From: Dehalococcoidia bacterium
Lineage (GTDB): Bacteria; Chloroflexota; Dehalococcoidia; Bin125
DNA length: 64,000 nucleotides
Assembly (NCBI GenBank): GCA_963662615.2
Contig: CAXXSR010000001.1
Coordinates: 672,001 to 736,000 of the forward strand
Direction: 5' to 3'
The notes below the pieces were generated by a model. That model saw only the letters and a program-made list of their open reading frames with translations. It did not search any database and was not told the origin of the DNA. Of this stretch, positions 9,136 through 19,460 are shown piece after piece; position 1 is the stretch's first letter, and every line of letters starts with the position of its first letter. The position numbers and the translations under genes are program-made.

Positions 9136-9972
9136 TTAGTGCCAGAACCATCCGGTCTGCCAAAGGGGTGGGGTGGGGAGGTCCGACCTCCAGGGTCTCT
9201 GGGGCGGGGGGCGGTAGCCGAGGGCGCTGTGAGGCCGGACTTGGTTGTACTCCCGGCGCCAGCGATCGACCAGGATCTGCGCTTCCGTGAGCGTGGTGAA
9301 GATCTCGGGGTTGAGGCACTCGTCGCGCAGCTTGCCGTTGAAGGATTCCACATAGCCGTTCTCCCAGGGGCTGCCGGGCTCGATGAAGAGTGTCGTCACG
9401 CCGAGGCGACGCAGCCAGGAACGCACCGCCGTCGCCGTGAACTCGGGGCCGTTGTCGGAGCGGACGTAGGTGGGCGGGCCCCGCTGCACGAAGAGCGCCG
9501 TCAGCCGGGCGAGGACGTCGTCGGACCGCAGGCGCCGGGCCACGTCAATGCTGAGGCACTCCCGCGTGTACTCGTCGACGATGGTCAGCAGGCGCAGGGG
9601 CCGGCCGTCGTGGGTCCGCTCGCTGACGAAGTCGTAGGACCAGACGTGGTTCGGGCGCTCCGCCCGGCGCCGCGTGCAGGATCCATCGGCCGCCCAAAGC
9701 CGCCGCCGGCGCGGGGCTTTCCGGGGCACCCGCAGCCCTTCCTGCCGCCAGAGCCGCTCCACCCGCTTGTGGTTCACCCGCCAGCCCTCGGCCCGCAGCA
9801 GCGCCGTGATGCGCCGGGAGCCGTAGCGCCCGAAGCGGCGGGCAAGGGCGATGATCCGGGCGATCAGAGCCGGCTCGTCCGCGGGCACCTGCACGGGGTG
9901 CCGCTGCGTGCTGCGCGGCTGGGCGAGGGCCCGGCAGGCCCGACGCTCCGAGACGGCCAGCGCGGTTCGCAC
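9136..9972 (-). CDS. IS3 transposase OrfB (DDE/rve)
   Basis: WSYDF, DEYTRECL, SDNGPEF, PGSPWENGYVESFNG, RPHSALGY. Confidence 0.92.
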   Translation of the reverse strand: MRTALAVSERRACRALAQPRSTQRHPVQVPADEPALIARIIALARRFGRYGSRRITALLRAEGWRVNHKRVERLWRQEGLRVPRKAPRRRRLWAADGSCTRRRAERPNHVWSYDFVSERTHDGRPLRLLTIVDEYTRECLSIDVARRLRSDDVLARLTALFVQRGPPTYVRSDNGPEFTATAVRSWLRRLGVTTLFIEPGSPWENGYVESFNGKLRDECLNPEIFTTLTEAQILVDRWRREYNQVRPHSALGYRPPPQRPWRSDLPTPPLWQTGWFWH

Positions 9973-9996
9973 GTGCGCAACCGCCTGCCGCCGGGC

Positions 9997-10275
9997 TCAG
10001 AAGTTTCCCGACGCCACCTCTTTGAGGATGGCGTGGTCCAGCGCCTGATCGGCCACCAGCCGCTTCAGCCGCGCGTTCTCCTGCTCCAGCTCCTTGAACC
10101 GCTTCGCCTGATCCAGCCGCAGGCCGCCGTACTCCCGCCGCCAGCGGTAGTAGGTCTGCTCGGCGACGCCGAGCCGTCGTGCCACTTTGGCCACACTCTC
10201 GCCCTGCGCCAGGGCCACCTCCGCCTCCCGCAGTTTCCCGATGATCTGCTCTGCCGTGTACCGCTTCCGCGCCAT
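9997..10275 (-). CDS. IS3 transposase OrfA (HTH)
   Basis: MARKRYTAEQIIGKLREAE...TYYRWRREYGG...LEQENARLK. Confidence 0.93.
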   Translation of the reverse strand: MARKRYTAEQIIGKLREAEVALAQGESVAKVARRLGVAEQTYYRWRREYGGLRLDQAKRFKELEQENARLKRLVADQALDHAILKEVASGNF

Positions 10276-10338
10276 GCCGACTCCCTCCTCCCAGCCCGGA
10301 TCCTCGCATAGGATCTGGACCGGTTTTGGGGGGGCAGG

Positions 10339-11112
10339 TCACATCACCGTCACGGCCTGCCCGCCGATCTTCGGCGGCGCAATGCGTCCCTCGCCGTCGT
10401 AGCCCACCTCGGCCTGCACCCGCCCCGGTCGCTGCACTTGGTCCCCCTGCTCCAGCCGGTACGTCCCCGGCTCCAGCACCCCGTAATGGAGCAAGTAGCA
10501 GACCATCCCTCCCGACGCCGAGCCCGTCACCGGGTCTTCGAACAAGCCTGACTCGTGGAAGCCCCAGTGGCGGCTGTGAGCGCTGCTGCCCGCCTCCACA
10601 GTCTCGGTGGTGAAGGCGTGCACGCTGAAGAAGCCGGCCTTGGTCCGCAGCTCCCCCAGCCGCGCCGCGTCCGGCCGCGCCTGGCGCAACGCCGTCAAGG
10701 ACTCCAACGGGATCATCAACTGTGGCGTCCCCGTGCTGACGACCTGGACGGGCAGGTCCCGGCGCACGCTGGTCGACGGTACGCGCAGGGCCACCGCCAG
10801 CTCCAGCCTCACCGCCACCGGGGCCACAGCGTCGGCCGGGATGCGGCCCAGCTCCCCCAAGGCGTGTACCGTCGCGATGGTGGGATGCCCTGCCAGCGGC
10901 ACCTCCTCCGCCGGCGTGAAGTAGCGACACTTGAAGTCGGCCTCCGCCGATGGCAGCACGAACGCCGTCTCCGACAGATTCATCTCCCGCGCGATCGCCT
11001 GCATCGTCGCTTCGTCCAGCCCTTGGGCGTCCGGGATCACAGCGCAGGGGTTGCCCGCGAACGGCGTGGTGGTGAACGCATCAACTTGGAGGAGGTCGTA
11101 TTGGCGCGGCAT
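10339..11112 (-). pseudogene. PhzF family isomerase, 3'-truncated by IS3
   Basis: VDAFT..GNP, EMNLSETAF, EVPLAGHPT, EDPVTGSASG, EQG..RPG; stop codon is the IS terminal TGA. Confidence 0.8.
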
Positions 11113-11299
11113 GCGCGGCAGAGCATAGAGGAGTGCCGCAGCGGCGCTTTCCGCGCGCTCGGATCGCGCAGGCTCGGATCGAAAAGCGCCGCTCGGTTCG
11201 CGCAGCGCTGCCCCGTCCTCCTGCCTCCCGCGACGACGAAACGGCCGCAAGCGGCTCTGCCCCGCTCGTCCTTGACGCATCGCACCCCCGCTGCCATGC

Positions 11300-11440
11300 T
11301 GGCGCGCACGACCCACGAGTAAGGCGCCCCGCGGGGGAAGTCCGGTGCGAATCCGGCGCTGTCCCGCAACGGTAACTCCTCCGAGAAGCCCGACCGCCCG
11401 CTGGACGCCAACGCCACAGAAACCGCCTTCGAGGAAAGGC
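11300..11440 (+). ncRNA. Cobalamin (B12) riboswitch
   Basis: GGGAAGTCCGGTGCGAATCCGGCGCTGTCCCGCAACGGTAA...AAGCCCGACCGCC core; upstream of a BtuF-like gene; ends approximate. Confidence 0.9.
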
Positions 11441-11544
11441 TGGGGCGCATTGCGGCTATCCCCTCGGGCTGGCCGCCTTTTTTCGCCCTCCGCCTCATCC
11501 CCGCCGGGTGCGCTGCGGCAGCCGGAAGGCCGCGGAGGAGCGCT

Positions 11545-12573
11545 ATGTCCCGACCGGCCCCACTCTTTCTCCGTTCCCGTCCGCGACCGATGTGGCTTCT
11601 CGCGCCCATCAGCATCGCCATCGCGACGCTCGCCCTCGTCGCCTGCAGCGATGGCGATGACGTTGCCGCCACCGCCACAGCCTCGGACGCGCCGGACCCC
11701 ACCGTCCAACCGCTCATCGTCACGGACGACACCGGTGCACAGGTCGAGATCGCCGCCCCCCCCCGCCGCATCGTCGCCGTCCTCCCCTCGGTCACCTACC
11801 TCCTCCTCGACTTGGGCCTGGGCGATCGCATCGTGGCGTCGGACAACTTCTCCTTGGAGGCCGCGCCGGAGATGGGCGACGTTCCCAGCGTGGGCGGAGA
11901 GGGCTTCGCCTTCAATCTGGAGCTCACCACGGCGCTGCAACCGGATCTGATCGTGATCGCGACCGGTGGCACGGAGTCGTTCGTCGATCAGGCTCGCGCG
12001 CTGGACATTCCCGTTCTCGCCCTCGACTTCCCCTCCAGCGTCGACGAGATGCTGGAGCAGGTGATCTTGCTGGGCGACGTCTTCGACGTCCGCGACGAGG
12101 CCGCCGCTCTGGTGGCCGATCTCCGCGCCCGCCTCGATGCCGTCAGCGCCCGCTATGCCGGTCTCCCGCCCGTGCGCGTCTACATGGAGCTCGACCAATC
12201 CACGCCCACGCGCCCCTTCTCCGTGGGACCCGGATCCCTCCACGACGACGTCATCCGCCGCGCCGGCGGCGTCAACATCTTGAGCGACGCGGCCAGCGCC
12301 TTCCCCCAGGTCAACTATGAAACGATCATCGCCGCGGACCCCGATCTCATCCTGCTACTCAACTCCGCGGAGTTCACCAGCGAGCTGGCGTCCAATCCCG
12401 TCTCGCCGGCTCAGATTGGCGACCGGCCCGGCTGGGGCGGGTTGACGGCGGTGCGCAACGGCAACGTCGTCGGCGTGGATCAGGCGCTGTTCGGCGGTGG
12501 ACTCCGCATCGTCGACGCCGTGGAGCAGGTGGCCCAGGCCCTGGCGCGCGCCCGAGCCGCGACGGCGCCATAG
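11545..12573 (+). CDS. Cobalamin ABC transporter substrate-binding lipoprotein (BtuF-like)
   Basis: LVAC lipobox, VTDDTG..PPRRIV, AGGVNI, AADPD, LTAVRNGNV; riboswitch upstream. Confidence 0.85.
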   Translation: MSRPAPLFLRSRPRPMWLLAPISIAIATLALVACSDGDDVAATATASDAPDPTVQPLIVTDDTGAQVEIAAPPRRIVAVLPSVTYLLLDLGLGDRIVASDNFSLEAAPEMGDVPSVGGEGFAFNLELTTALQPDLIVIATGGTESFVDQARALDIPVLALDFPSSVDEMLEQVILLGDVFDVRDEAAALVADLRARLDAVSARYAGLPPVRVYMELDQSTPTRPFSVGPGSLHDDVIRRAGGVNILSDAASAFPQVNYETIIAADPDLILLLNSAEFTSELASNPVSPAQIGDRPGWGGLTAVRNGNVVGVDQALFGGGLRIVDAVEQVAQALARARAATAP

Positions 12574-12767
12574 CATCGGCCGCTTTGGGACTGGCGGGCG
12601 CGGTCGTTTGGGTGCTCGAGCTGGCGCCGGGGCCGGATGCCGGCGGCGTGATGATGGGAATGGCGGCGCCGTGAGGGCCCCGGGAGCGCAGCGCTACAGC
12701 GGGGCCCCCTCCCGGTTGGCCTCGGCAAGCACAAGTGCCCCGGCGATCAGGCAGAGAAGCCGGCGCT

Positions 12768-13678
12768 TCAGCGCCTCGGTTGCAGGTGCGTTGTGTACCA
12801 CGCCGCCATGCGGCCCACCGCCTCGGAGAACCAGGGCTCCTGCTCGTAAATCTCGAAGTGGCCGCAGGGAGCCACGTGAAGTTCCTTGGGCTTCCCTGCC
12901 CGTTCAAACGCCGCCCGCGCCAGGTCCGCGGGAATCAGCGCGTCTGCCTCGGCGATCACCATCAAGAGCGGCGTCGGGGAGATCAGCTCAATACGCGCGG
13001 TCGGAAGGTACTGGACGTAGTCCTCAAGCGACTCCAGCGTCACGGAGTTGACCCAGCTCGGTGCGATCATGGCCTGACGGATCATCGCCTCATACGCCTC
13101 CGGGACGCTCAGGGCCGAGAGCTCGCCTTCCGGCGCCACCACCTTCACCCGGCCCGACGGTTCCCCGTCGAAGCGCTGTTCCCGGTCCGTCGCCAGCATT
13201 TCCAGGAGGCGCTCGAGGCCGTCCCGTCCGCTTCGGCGAATGATCTGTTCGACGGGGTTGATCGTCGGGACCTGCGAGACGACAGCCTTGATACGGCGGT
13301 CGAATCCCGCCAAGTGCAGGACGTGGCCTCCGCTGTAGGAGGGCCCCACACTCCGATGCGGTCCTCATCGACCTCGGGTTGCCGTGACAGCCAGGTGATG
13401 GCGTTGCGAATGTCCTCACACTGCTCGTGGGACACAATCTGGCCACGTGGATCGCCCTCGCTTGCGCCCAGGAATCGAAAGTCGAAGACGAGAGTGACAA
13501 AGCCGGCATCCTTGAACCTCTCCGCGTAGCGGGAGACTTGGAACATCTCCTTCACCGCCGAGAAGCCGTGTGCCATCACGATGGCCGCAGCGGCGTTACC
13601 TTTCACCAGATCGTCAGGGACGTACAACCATCCGCGGCACCGCACTCCCTTGCTCCGAAACTCAACGTCCCGTTGCAT
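12768..13678 (-). pseudogene. Alpha/beta hydrolase, frameshifted near 13343
   Basis: Frame 1 MQRDVEF...MAHGFSAVKE...RIGVWG continues in frame 2 SYSGGHVL...GHFEIY; one base missing at the GxSxG motif. Confidence 0.8.
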
Positions 13679-13898
13679 GGTTCCTCTCCTGTCCTCGACG
13701 AGATCCCCGGTGCGATTGTCCGCTGCTGATTGTGACCAGGTCACGAGGCTCACGGGGCCGCGTCACGACAGACGCCACCCCCGACGCGGGCGCCGCCCGA
13801 CTCCTAGCGTGCCCCGCCGTCCCCACGACGACGGCCCCATCCGAGCAACGCTGCCACCCGACCAACACCGCCACCCGAGCAACACCGCAACCGACTCG

Positions 13899-14102
13899 CT
13901 ACTCGGTCGGCTCCCCGCAACCGCGCTCCCGCATCAACATGCGCAGGTCGTCCAGGCGGGCCAGCAGGCGGTCGGCGTCGGGCGTGGGCGCATCGTGCCG
14001 GCCCAGCGGCTCGGTGGTGAGCAGGTGCTGCTCCCGCAGCGCCGTTCGCCGCTCGCGCCACTCCTGCAGCAGCTCCTCGCACGACGGCCCTTGGCTACTC
14101 AT
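13899..14102 (-). CDS. Small hypothetical protein
   Basis: 67-aa ORF 20 bp downstream of pyrK with purine-rich RBS. Confidence 0.45.
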   Translation of the reverse strand: MSSQGPSCEELLQEWRERRTALREQHLLTTEPLGRHDAPTPDADRLLARLDDLRMLMRERGCGEPTE

Positions 14103-14122
14103 CTCACTCTCCCCCGCCTCGT

Positions 14123-14896
14123 TCAGAACACATCCAGCAACTCGAAGCGCGGCCCGTCTTTACAACAGAGCTTCACACCGCGCTTGGTGAAGACGGCGCA
14201 GCCGTAACAGACCCCGGTCCCGCACGCCATCTCCGTCTCCATCAAGATCTGAGCCGAGCGGCGCATCCCGTCCGACCGCACCACGCTCGCCATGCTCCGG
14301 AACATCGGTGTGGGTCCGCAGGCGAGCGTCTGGTCCGCCCAGGGCAAGTATTCGGCGAAGAGGTCGGTGACCAGCCCCCGACGCCCCCCCGACCCGTCCT
14401 CCGTGGCGACGGCGTACTCCACCTCGGCGGGCAGCTCGGCGGCGGGAAAGACGCCCGCCGCGCTCCGCGCCCCGAAGCACAGCACAATGTTGCTTCCCCG
14501 CGACAGCTGCTCGTCAACCAGCGCCACCAGCGGCGCGATCCCCACTCCCCCGCCCACCAGCAGCAGGTTCGCCGCGCCACTGCGCACCTGAAAGCCGCGT
14601 CCCAGCGGCCCTGTCATCAGCGCGCTCTCGCCCGGCCGCTGCGCCGCCATCAGCGCCGTCACTGCGCCCGTCACCGCGTACAGCAGCGCGAACTCTCGCT
14701 CGCCCTGGCGCTCGCGGAATCGATAGAAGGTGAACGCGCGCGGCAGGAACGGGTCCAGGCCGGCGCGCGGCTGCACCATGGCGAACTGCCCCGCCGACGC
14801 CGCGGTGGCAAGCTCCGCCCCGGCGTACCAGGTCACGAAGGTGCCGGGATAGATCTCCTCGCTCTCCAGCACTCGCGCTTCGACCTGATGGATCAC
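14123..14896 (-). CDS. pyrK: Dihydroorotate dehydrogenase electron transfer subunit
   Basis: [39 protein letters not shown] [2Fe-2S] motif; GTGA overlap with carB. Confidence 0.9.
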   Translation of the reverse strand: MIHQVEARVLESEEIYPGTFVTWYAGAELATAASAGQFAMVQPRAGLDPFLPRAFTFYRFRERQGEREFALLYAVTGAVTALMAAQRPGESALMTGPLGRGFQVRSGAANLLLVGGGVGIAPLVALVDEQLSRGSNIVLCFGARSAAGVFPAAELPAEVEYAVATEDGSGGRRGLVTDLFAEYLPWADQTLACGPTPMFRSMASVVRSDGMRRSAQILMETEMACGTGVCYGCAVFTKRGVKLCCKDGPRFELLDVF

Positions 14897-17800
14897 GATC
14901 GCGCCTCGGCCGCGTCCCCGACGGGCGCTACCCGCCGCGTATATTCCGAGAGAGGCAGCACGCTGTAGCGATCGTTCCCGCTCACCATCGCCCCGACCGC
15001 GTGCAGGGCCGTGTCGATGCTGGTGAAGCACGGGGTCCGATGCTCGCTCGCCGCCCGCCGGATATGGAAGCCGTCGCGCAGCGTGCTCCGGCCCCCCTCG
15101 GGCGTGTTGACGACGAAGTCCACCGTCCCGTCCTCAATCACGTCCACCACATTGGGGTGGCCTGCACTCAACCGCTTCGGCACCACGATCGCTTCCAGGC
15201 CCAGGCCGCGCATCAGCTCCGCGGTGCCCTCCGTCGCGTAGATCGTGTATCCCGCAGCGCTCAAATTGCGGATCATGGGAATCGCGTCCGCCTTGTCCTG
15301 ATCGGCGATGCTCAGCAACGCCGTGCCGTGCGCCGACAGCGCCAGCTCCGACGCCAGCAACGCCTTCGTCAAGGCGCTGTCGAACGTCCGGTCGATCCCC
15401 ATCACCTCGCCCGTCGACTTCATCTCCGGCCCCAAGTAGGTGTCCACGCCCACTAGCTTCGCCATGCTGAACACAGGCGCCTTGATCGCCACCAGATCCC
15501 GCGCCGGCCAGAGACCGTCTGGGTAGCCCTGCGCCGCGATCGAGCGACCCAGCATCACGTTCACCGCCACCTGCACCATGGGCACCGTAGTCACCTTGCT
15601 CAGAAACGGCACCGTGCGGCTGGCGCGCGGATTCACCTCCAGGACAAAGAGGGAACTCTCGCCGGCCTCGCGCATGACGACATACTGAATGTTCATCAGC
15701 CCGCGTATCTGGAGCCCCAGCCCGATCTGGCGCGCGGAGTCAATAACCGTCTCGATCTCCGCAGGCGTCAGGCTGGGCGCCGGGTACACCGCCATGGAGT
15801 CGCCGGAGTGCACGCCGGCCCGCTCAATGTGCTCCATGATCCCCGGAATGAGCACCCGCTCGCCGTCGCAGATTGCATCGACCTCGATCTCCAGCCCGGC
15901 CAGGTACTTGTCGATCAGCAGCGGCTTGTCGGGCGCGGCTTCCAACGCGATGCTCGCGTAGCGCGCCAGCTCGCCCGGCCCCTGCGCGATCTCCATCGCC
16001 CGCCCGCCCAGCACGTACGAGGGACGCACCAGCACGGGATAGCCGACCGTCTCCGCAACCTGGATCGCATCCTCCACGTTGCCCACGGCGGCCCCGGGCG
16101 GCTGCGGAATGCCCAACTCCGTCAGGAACCGCTCGAACCGCTCCCGGTCCTCCGCCAAATCGATCACCTCTGCCGACGAGCCCATGATCGGCTGGGCGGC
16201 CAGCGTCAGCGGCCCCGCCAAGTTGATCGCCGTCTGCCCGCCAAATTGGAGGATGGTGGGCACGCGCTCCATCCCCTCCGGGCCGCCATTCGGCGCCGGC
16301 CTCTCGTTGTCCAGAATGTCCCGCGCCGCCTCCTCGTCCAGCGGCTCGAAGTAGAGCCGGTCCGACGTGTCGAAGTCCGTCGAGACGGTCTCCGGGTTGC
16401 TGTTCGCCATGATCGCGGCGTACCCGGCCGCCTGCAGCGCCTGCGCCGCCTTCACCGACGCGTAGTCGAACTCGATCCCTTGGCCGATCCGGATCGGCCC
16501 GCTGCCGATCACCAGCGCCCGCGACGTCGCCTCGGGGAGCGCTTCGTTCTCCTCTTCGTAAGTTGAATAGAAGTAGGGCGTGACCGCGTCGAATTCGGCG
16601 GCGCAGGTATCCACCATCTTGTAGACGGGCCGGATGCCCCAGCTCAGCCGCTGCTGTCGCACCTTCTCCGTCACGGAGCCGGCCAGGTTGGCGATCTGCT
16701 CGTCGCTGAAGCCCAACCGCTTCGACTCTCGCAGCAGACCCGGCGATAGCCGCTCGCTGAGGAGGCGGGTTTCCATTCGCACCAGAGTGAGCAGGCGCTC
16801 CAGGAACCAGGGATCGACCGCCGTCCGGCGCGCCAAGCTCAGCGTGTCAGGGTCGCGACGCAGCGCCGCCATCAAGTGCCAGATGCGGTTGTCGGTGGCC
16901 CCGGCGGCCAGGGGGTCGGCTTCCTCGCGCTCCTCCCAGAGCAGCGAGCTCCCCTCCACTTCCATGGACCGCACGGCCTTCTGCAGCGCCGCCTCAAACG
17001 TCCGATCGATCGCCATCACCTCGCCGGTCGCCTTCATCTGCGTGCCCAGCGTGCGGTCCCCCGCGCCGAACTTGTCGAAGGGCCAGCGCGGCACCTTCAC
17101 CACCACGTAGTCCAGCGCCGGCTCGAATGCGGCCGTCGTCTTCCCCGTCACCTGGTTCTGGATCTCGTCCAGCCGCTTGCCCGCCGCGATCTTCGCCGCC
17201 ACCCGCGCGATCGGGTAGCCCGTCGCTTTGCTCGCCAGCGCCGACGATCGGCTGACGCGGGGATTGACCTCAATCACGTAATACGGCAGGTCACGCTCGT
17301 CGCCCCGCGTCTCCCCGGCCGCCCGCCAGTCCAGCACGTCGGGACGGGGCGCGAGCGCCAGTTGCACGTTGCAGCCGCCCTCGATTCCCAGGGCGCGAAT
17401 GATCTTCAACGACGCCTGCCGCAGCCGCTGGTAGTCGCGGTCCGAGAGCGTCTGGCTCGGCGCCACCACGATCGAGTCGCCCGTGTGGATCCCCATGGCA
17501 TCCACGTTCTCCATGTTGCAGACCGTGATGCATGTGTCGGCGCCGTCGCGCATCACCTCGTACTCCACCTCTTTCCACCCCAGCAGCGATTGCTCCACCA
17601 GCACCTGCTGCGCCGGGCTCGCCGCCAGCCCGCCTCGGACGATGCGTTCAAACTCCTCCCGCGTATGCGCGAAGCCGCCGCCGGTCCCACCCAGCGTGTA
17701 GGCGGGCCGGATCACCACCGGCAGCCCGACCTCCTCCAGCGCCGTCCAGGCCTCGTCCAGGGAGGCGACGGTCCTGCTCGGCGGGATCGGCTCGTCAATC

Positions 17801-18204
17801 TCCTGCATCGTGGTGCGAAAGAGCTCGCGGTCCTCCGCCTTGCGGATCGCCTCAAGCGGCGTGCCCAGCAGCCGTACCCCGAAGCGGTCCAGCACGCCCG
17901 CGTCGTGCAGCTCCACCGCCAGGTTCAGCCCCACCTGCCCGCCCAGCGTCGCCAGCAGCCCGTCCGGCCGCTCCCGTTCAATGATTCGGCTGATCACGTC
18001 CAGCGTCAGCGGCTCAATGTAGACCACGTCCGCTACGCCCTCGTCCGTCATGATCGTGGCCGGGTTGGAGTTGACCAGCACGGAGGTGACGCCCTCTTCG
18101 CGCATCGCTTTGCAGGCCTGCGTGCCGGCGTAGTCGAACTCGGCCGCCTGCCCGATCACAATCGGCCCGCTGCCGATGATCAGCACCTTCTCCGGCTTAG
18201 GCAT
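14893..18204 (-). CDS. carB: Carbamoyl-phosphate synthase large subunit
   Basis: [15 protein letters not shown], duplicated ATP-grasp halves, [13 protein letters not shown] domain. Confidence 0.98.
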   Translation of the reverse strand: MPKPEKVLIIGSGPIVIGQAAEFDYAGTQACKAMREEGVTSVLVNSNPATIMTDEGVADVVYIEPLTLDVISRIIERERPDGLLATLGGQVGLNLAVELHDAGVLDRFGVRLLGTPLEAIRKAEDRELFRTTMQEIDEPIPPSRTVASLDEAWTALEEVGLPVVIRPAYTLGGTGGGFAHTREEFERIVRGGLAASPAQQVLVEQSLLGWKEVEYEVMRDGADTCITVCNMENVDAMGIHTGDSIVVAPSQTLSDRDYQRLRQASLKIIRALGIEGGCNVQLALAPRPDVLDWRAAGETRGDERDLPYYVIEVNPRVSRSSALASKATGYPIARVAAKIAAGKRLDEIQNQVTGKTTAAFEPALDYVVVKVPRWPFDKFGAGDRTLGTQMKATGEVMAIDRTFEAALQKAVRSMEVEGSSLLWEEREEADPLAAGATDNRIWHLMAALRRDPDTLSLARRTAVDPWFLERLLTLVRMETRLLSERLSPGLLRESKRLGFSDEQIANLAGSVTEKVRQQRLSWGIRPVYKMVDTCAAEFDAVTPYFYSTYEEENEALPEATSRALVIGSGPIRIGQGIEFDYASVKAAQALQAAGYAAIMANSNPETVSTDFDTSDRLYFEPLDEEAARDILDNERPAPNGGPEGMERVPTILQFGGQTAINLAGPLTLAAQPIMGSSAEVIDLAEDRERFERFLTELGIPQPPGAAVGNVEDAIQVAETVGYPVLVRPSYVLGGRAMEIAQGPGELARYASIALEAAPDKPLLIDKYLAGLEIEVDAICDGERVLIPGIMEHIERAGVHSGDSMAVYPAPSLTPAEIETVIDSARQIGLGLQIRGLMNIQYVVMREAGESSLFVLEVNPRASRTVPFLSKVTTVPMVQVAVNVMLGRSIAAQGYPDGLWPARDLVAIKAPVFSMAKLVGVDTYLGPEMKSTGEVMGIDRTFDSALTKALLASELALSAHGTALLSIADQDKADAIPMIRNLSAAGYTIYATEGTAELMRGLGLEAIVVPKRLSAGHPNVVDVIEDGTVDFVVNTPEGGRSTLRDGFHIRRAASEHRTPCFTSIDTALHAVGAMVSGNDRYSVLPLSEYTRRVAPVGDAAEARS

Positions 18205-18225
18205 GGCTCACTTTTCGCTACCCTC

Positions 18226-18276
18226 CGTCCTGAGCCTGCCTGTCCTGAGCTTGTCGAAGGGTCGAACCACGAACGG
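18226..18276. repeat. Nested palindromic micro-repeat, copy B (carA-carB intergenic)
   Basis: cgtcctgagcct[gcctgtcctgagcttgtcgaagg]gtcgaaccacgaacgg. Confidence 0.85.
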
Positions 18277-18289
18277 CCGCTCACTCACC

Positions 18290-19405
18290 TCAACCACCCT
18301 TCGCTCCCCGCACCAACTCCAGAAAGCGGTCAAACAAGTAGCCGTTGTCCAGCGGCCCCGGCGCCGCCTCCGAGTGGTACTGAATCGACACCAGCGGATA
18401 GTCCCGATGCGTCAGCCCCTCCACCGTCCCGTCGTGCAGGTTGACGTGGCTCACCTCCGCGCCGCCGCGCAGGCCCTCGGGGTCCACCGCGTAACCGTGG
18501 TTCTGCGCCGTGATGTAGACCCGCCCGCTGGCCAGCTCCCTCACGGGATGGTTCCCGCCCCGGTGCCCGAACTTGAGCTTGAACGTGCCCGCCCCCAGCG
18601 CCCGGCCGATCACCTGATGTCCCAAGCAGATCCCCATCAGCGGCACCCGCCCCAGCAACCGTTCCACGCCCTTCACCTGCACCTCCCGCAGCGCCGGATC
18701 GCCGGGGCCCGGCGACAGCAGCACGCCGTCCGGCGCCAGCGCCAGCACCTCTTCCGCCGTCGTCTGTGGCGGCAGGCACGTCACCCGGCAGTCCCGCCGG
18801 CGCAGATGGCGCAGGATGTTGTACTTGAGCCCCTCGTCCAGCACGACGATGTGATGCGCGCCTTCGGTGCTCCCCTGGGCGACCGCGGCGTCCTCCCACT
18901 CGTACGGCGCCGGCGTCCCCACCTCCGCAACGAAATCCTGACTCTCGTACGACGGCAGATCGGCCAGGCGCGCCTGCGCTCGCTCCACCTCCTCCTCGCT
19001 CACGATCAACCCTTGCATCACCCCCCGCGATCGGATCCGCCGCGTGACCGCGCGCGTGTCCACGCCGGCCAGCCCCGGCACGGCCCCGGCCAGGAGGTAC
19101 TCGTGCAGCGTGATCCCGCCCAGTGGATGGCTGGGCCTGTCGCAGTCGCTCCGCACGATCAGGGCCCGTACCTGAATCTGCGCGCTCTCGTCCACGGGCG
19201 GATCGAGCCCGTAGTTGCCGATCAGCGGGTACGTCAGGACCAGCATCTGCCCCGCGTAAGACGGGTCGGTGAGCATCTCCTGGTAGCCGGTCATCGACGT
19301 GTTGAAGACCACCTCGCCCCAGGCGTCGCCGAAGTGCCCGATCCGATGTCCCCGGAAGACGCTGCCGTCCTCCAGCACCAGCGCGGCCGGCTGCCGCTCA
19401 CCCAA
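18290..19405 (-). CDS. carA: Carbamoyl-phosphate synthase small subunit
   Basis: GEVVFNTSMTGYQE..TDPSY, SPGPGDP, GICLGHQ, QNHG, QYHSEA; TTG start after GAGGAGG. Confidence 0.96.
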   Translation of the reverse strand: MGERQPAALVLEDGSVFRGHRIGHFGDAWGEVVFNTSMTGYQEMLTDPSYAGQMLVLTYPLIGNYGLDPPVDESAQIQVRALIVRSDCDRPSHPLGGITLHEYLLAGAVPGLAGVDTRAVTRRIRSRGVMQGLIVSEEEVERAQARLADLPSYESQDFVAEVGTPAPYEWEDAAVAQGSTEGAHHIVVLDEGLKYNILRHLRRRDCRVTCLPPQTTAEEVLALAPDGVLLSPGPGDPALREVQVKGVERLLGRVPLMGICLGHQVIGRALGAGTFKLKFGHRGGNHPVRELASGRVYITAQNHGYAVDPEGLRGGAEVSHVNLHDGTVEGLTHRDYPLVSIQYHSEAAPGPLDNGYLFDRFLELVRGAKGG

Positions 19406-19424
19406 CTGCGCCTCCTCTACCGCG

Positions 19425-19457
19425 CCGTTCGTCCTGAGCCCGTCGAAGGACGAACGG
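19425..19457. repeat. Un-nested REP-like hairpin, copy C (pyrC-carA intergenic)
   Basis: ccgttcgtcct-gagcccgtcga-aggacgaacgg, perfect 11-bp inverted repeat. Confidence 0.88.
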
Positions 19458-19460
19458 CTC

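Larger units (their letters stand above)
9102..10341 (-). mobile_element. IS3-family insertion sequence (IS407-like), 1240 bp
   Basis: TG...CA ends with inverted repeats tgacctgccccc; orfA/orfB; GGGAAAC slippery site; no target duplication visible. Confidence 0.93.

Noticed and set aside
10339-12243. 634-aa ORF as a large PhzF fusion
   Set aside because: Its N-terminal part is antisense to the riboswitch and btuF; PhzF similarity starts at 11112.
12600-12760. GC-rich hairpins as a structured ncRNA
   Set aside because: No SRP, RNase P, tmRNA or tRNA signature; compatible with a terminator region between convergent genes.
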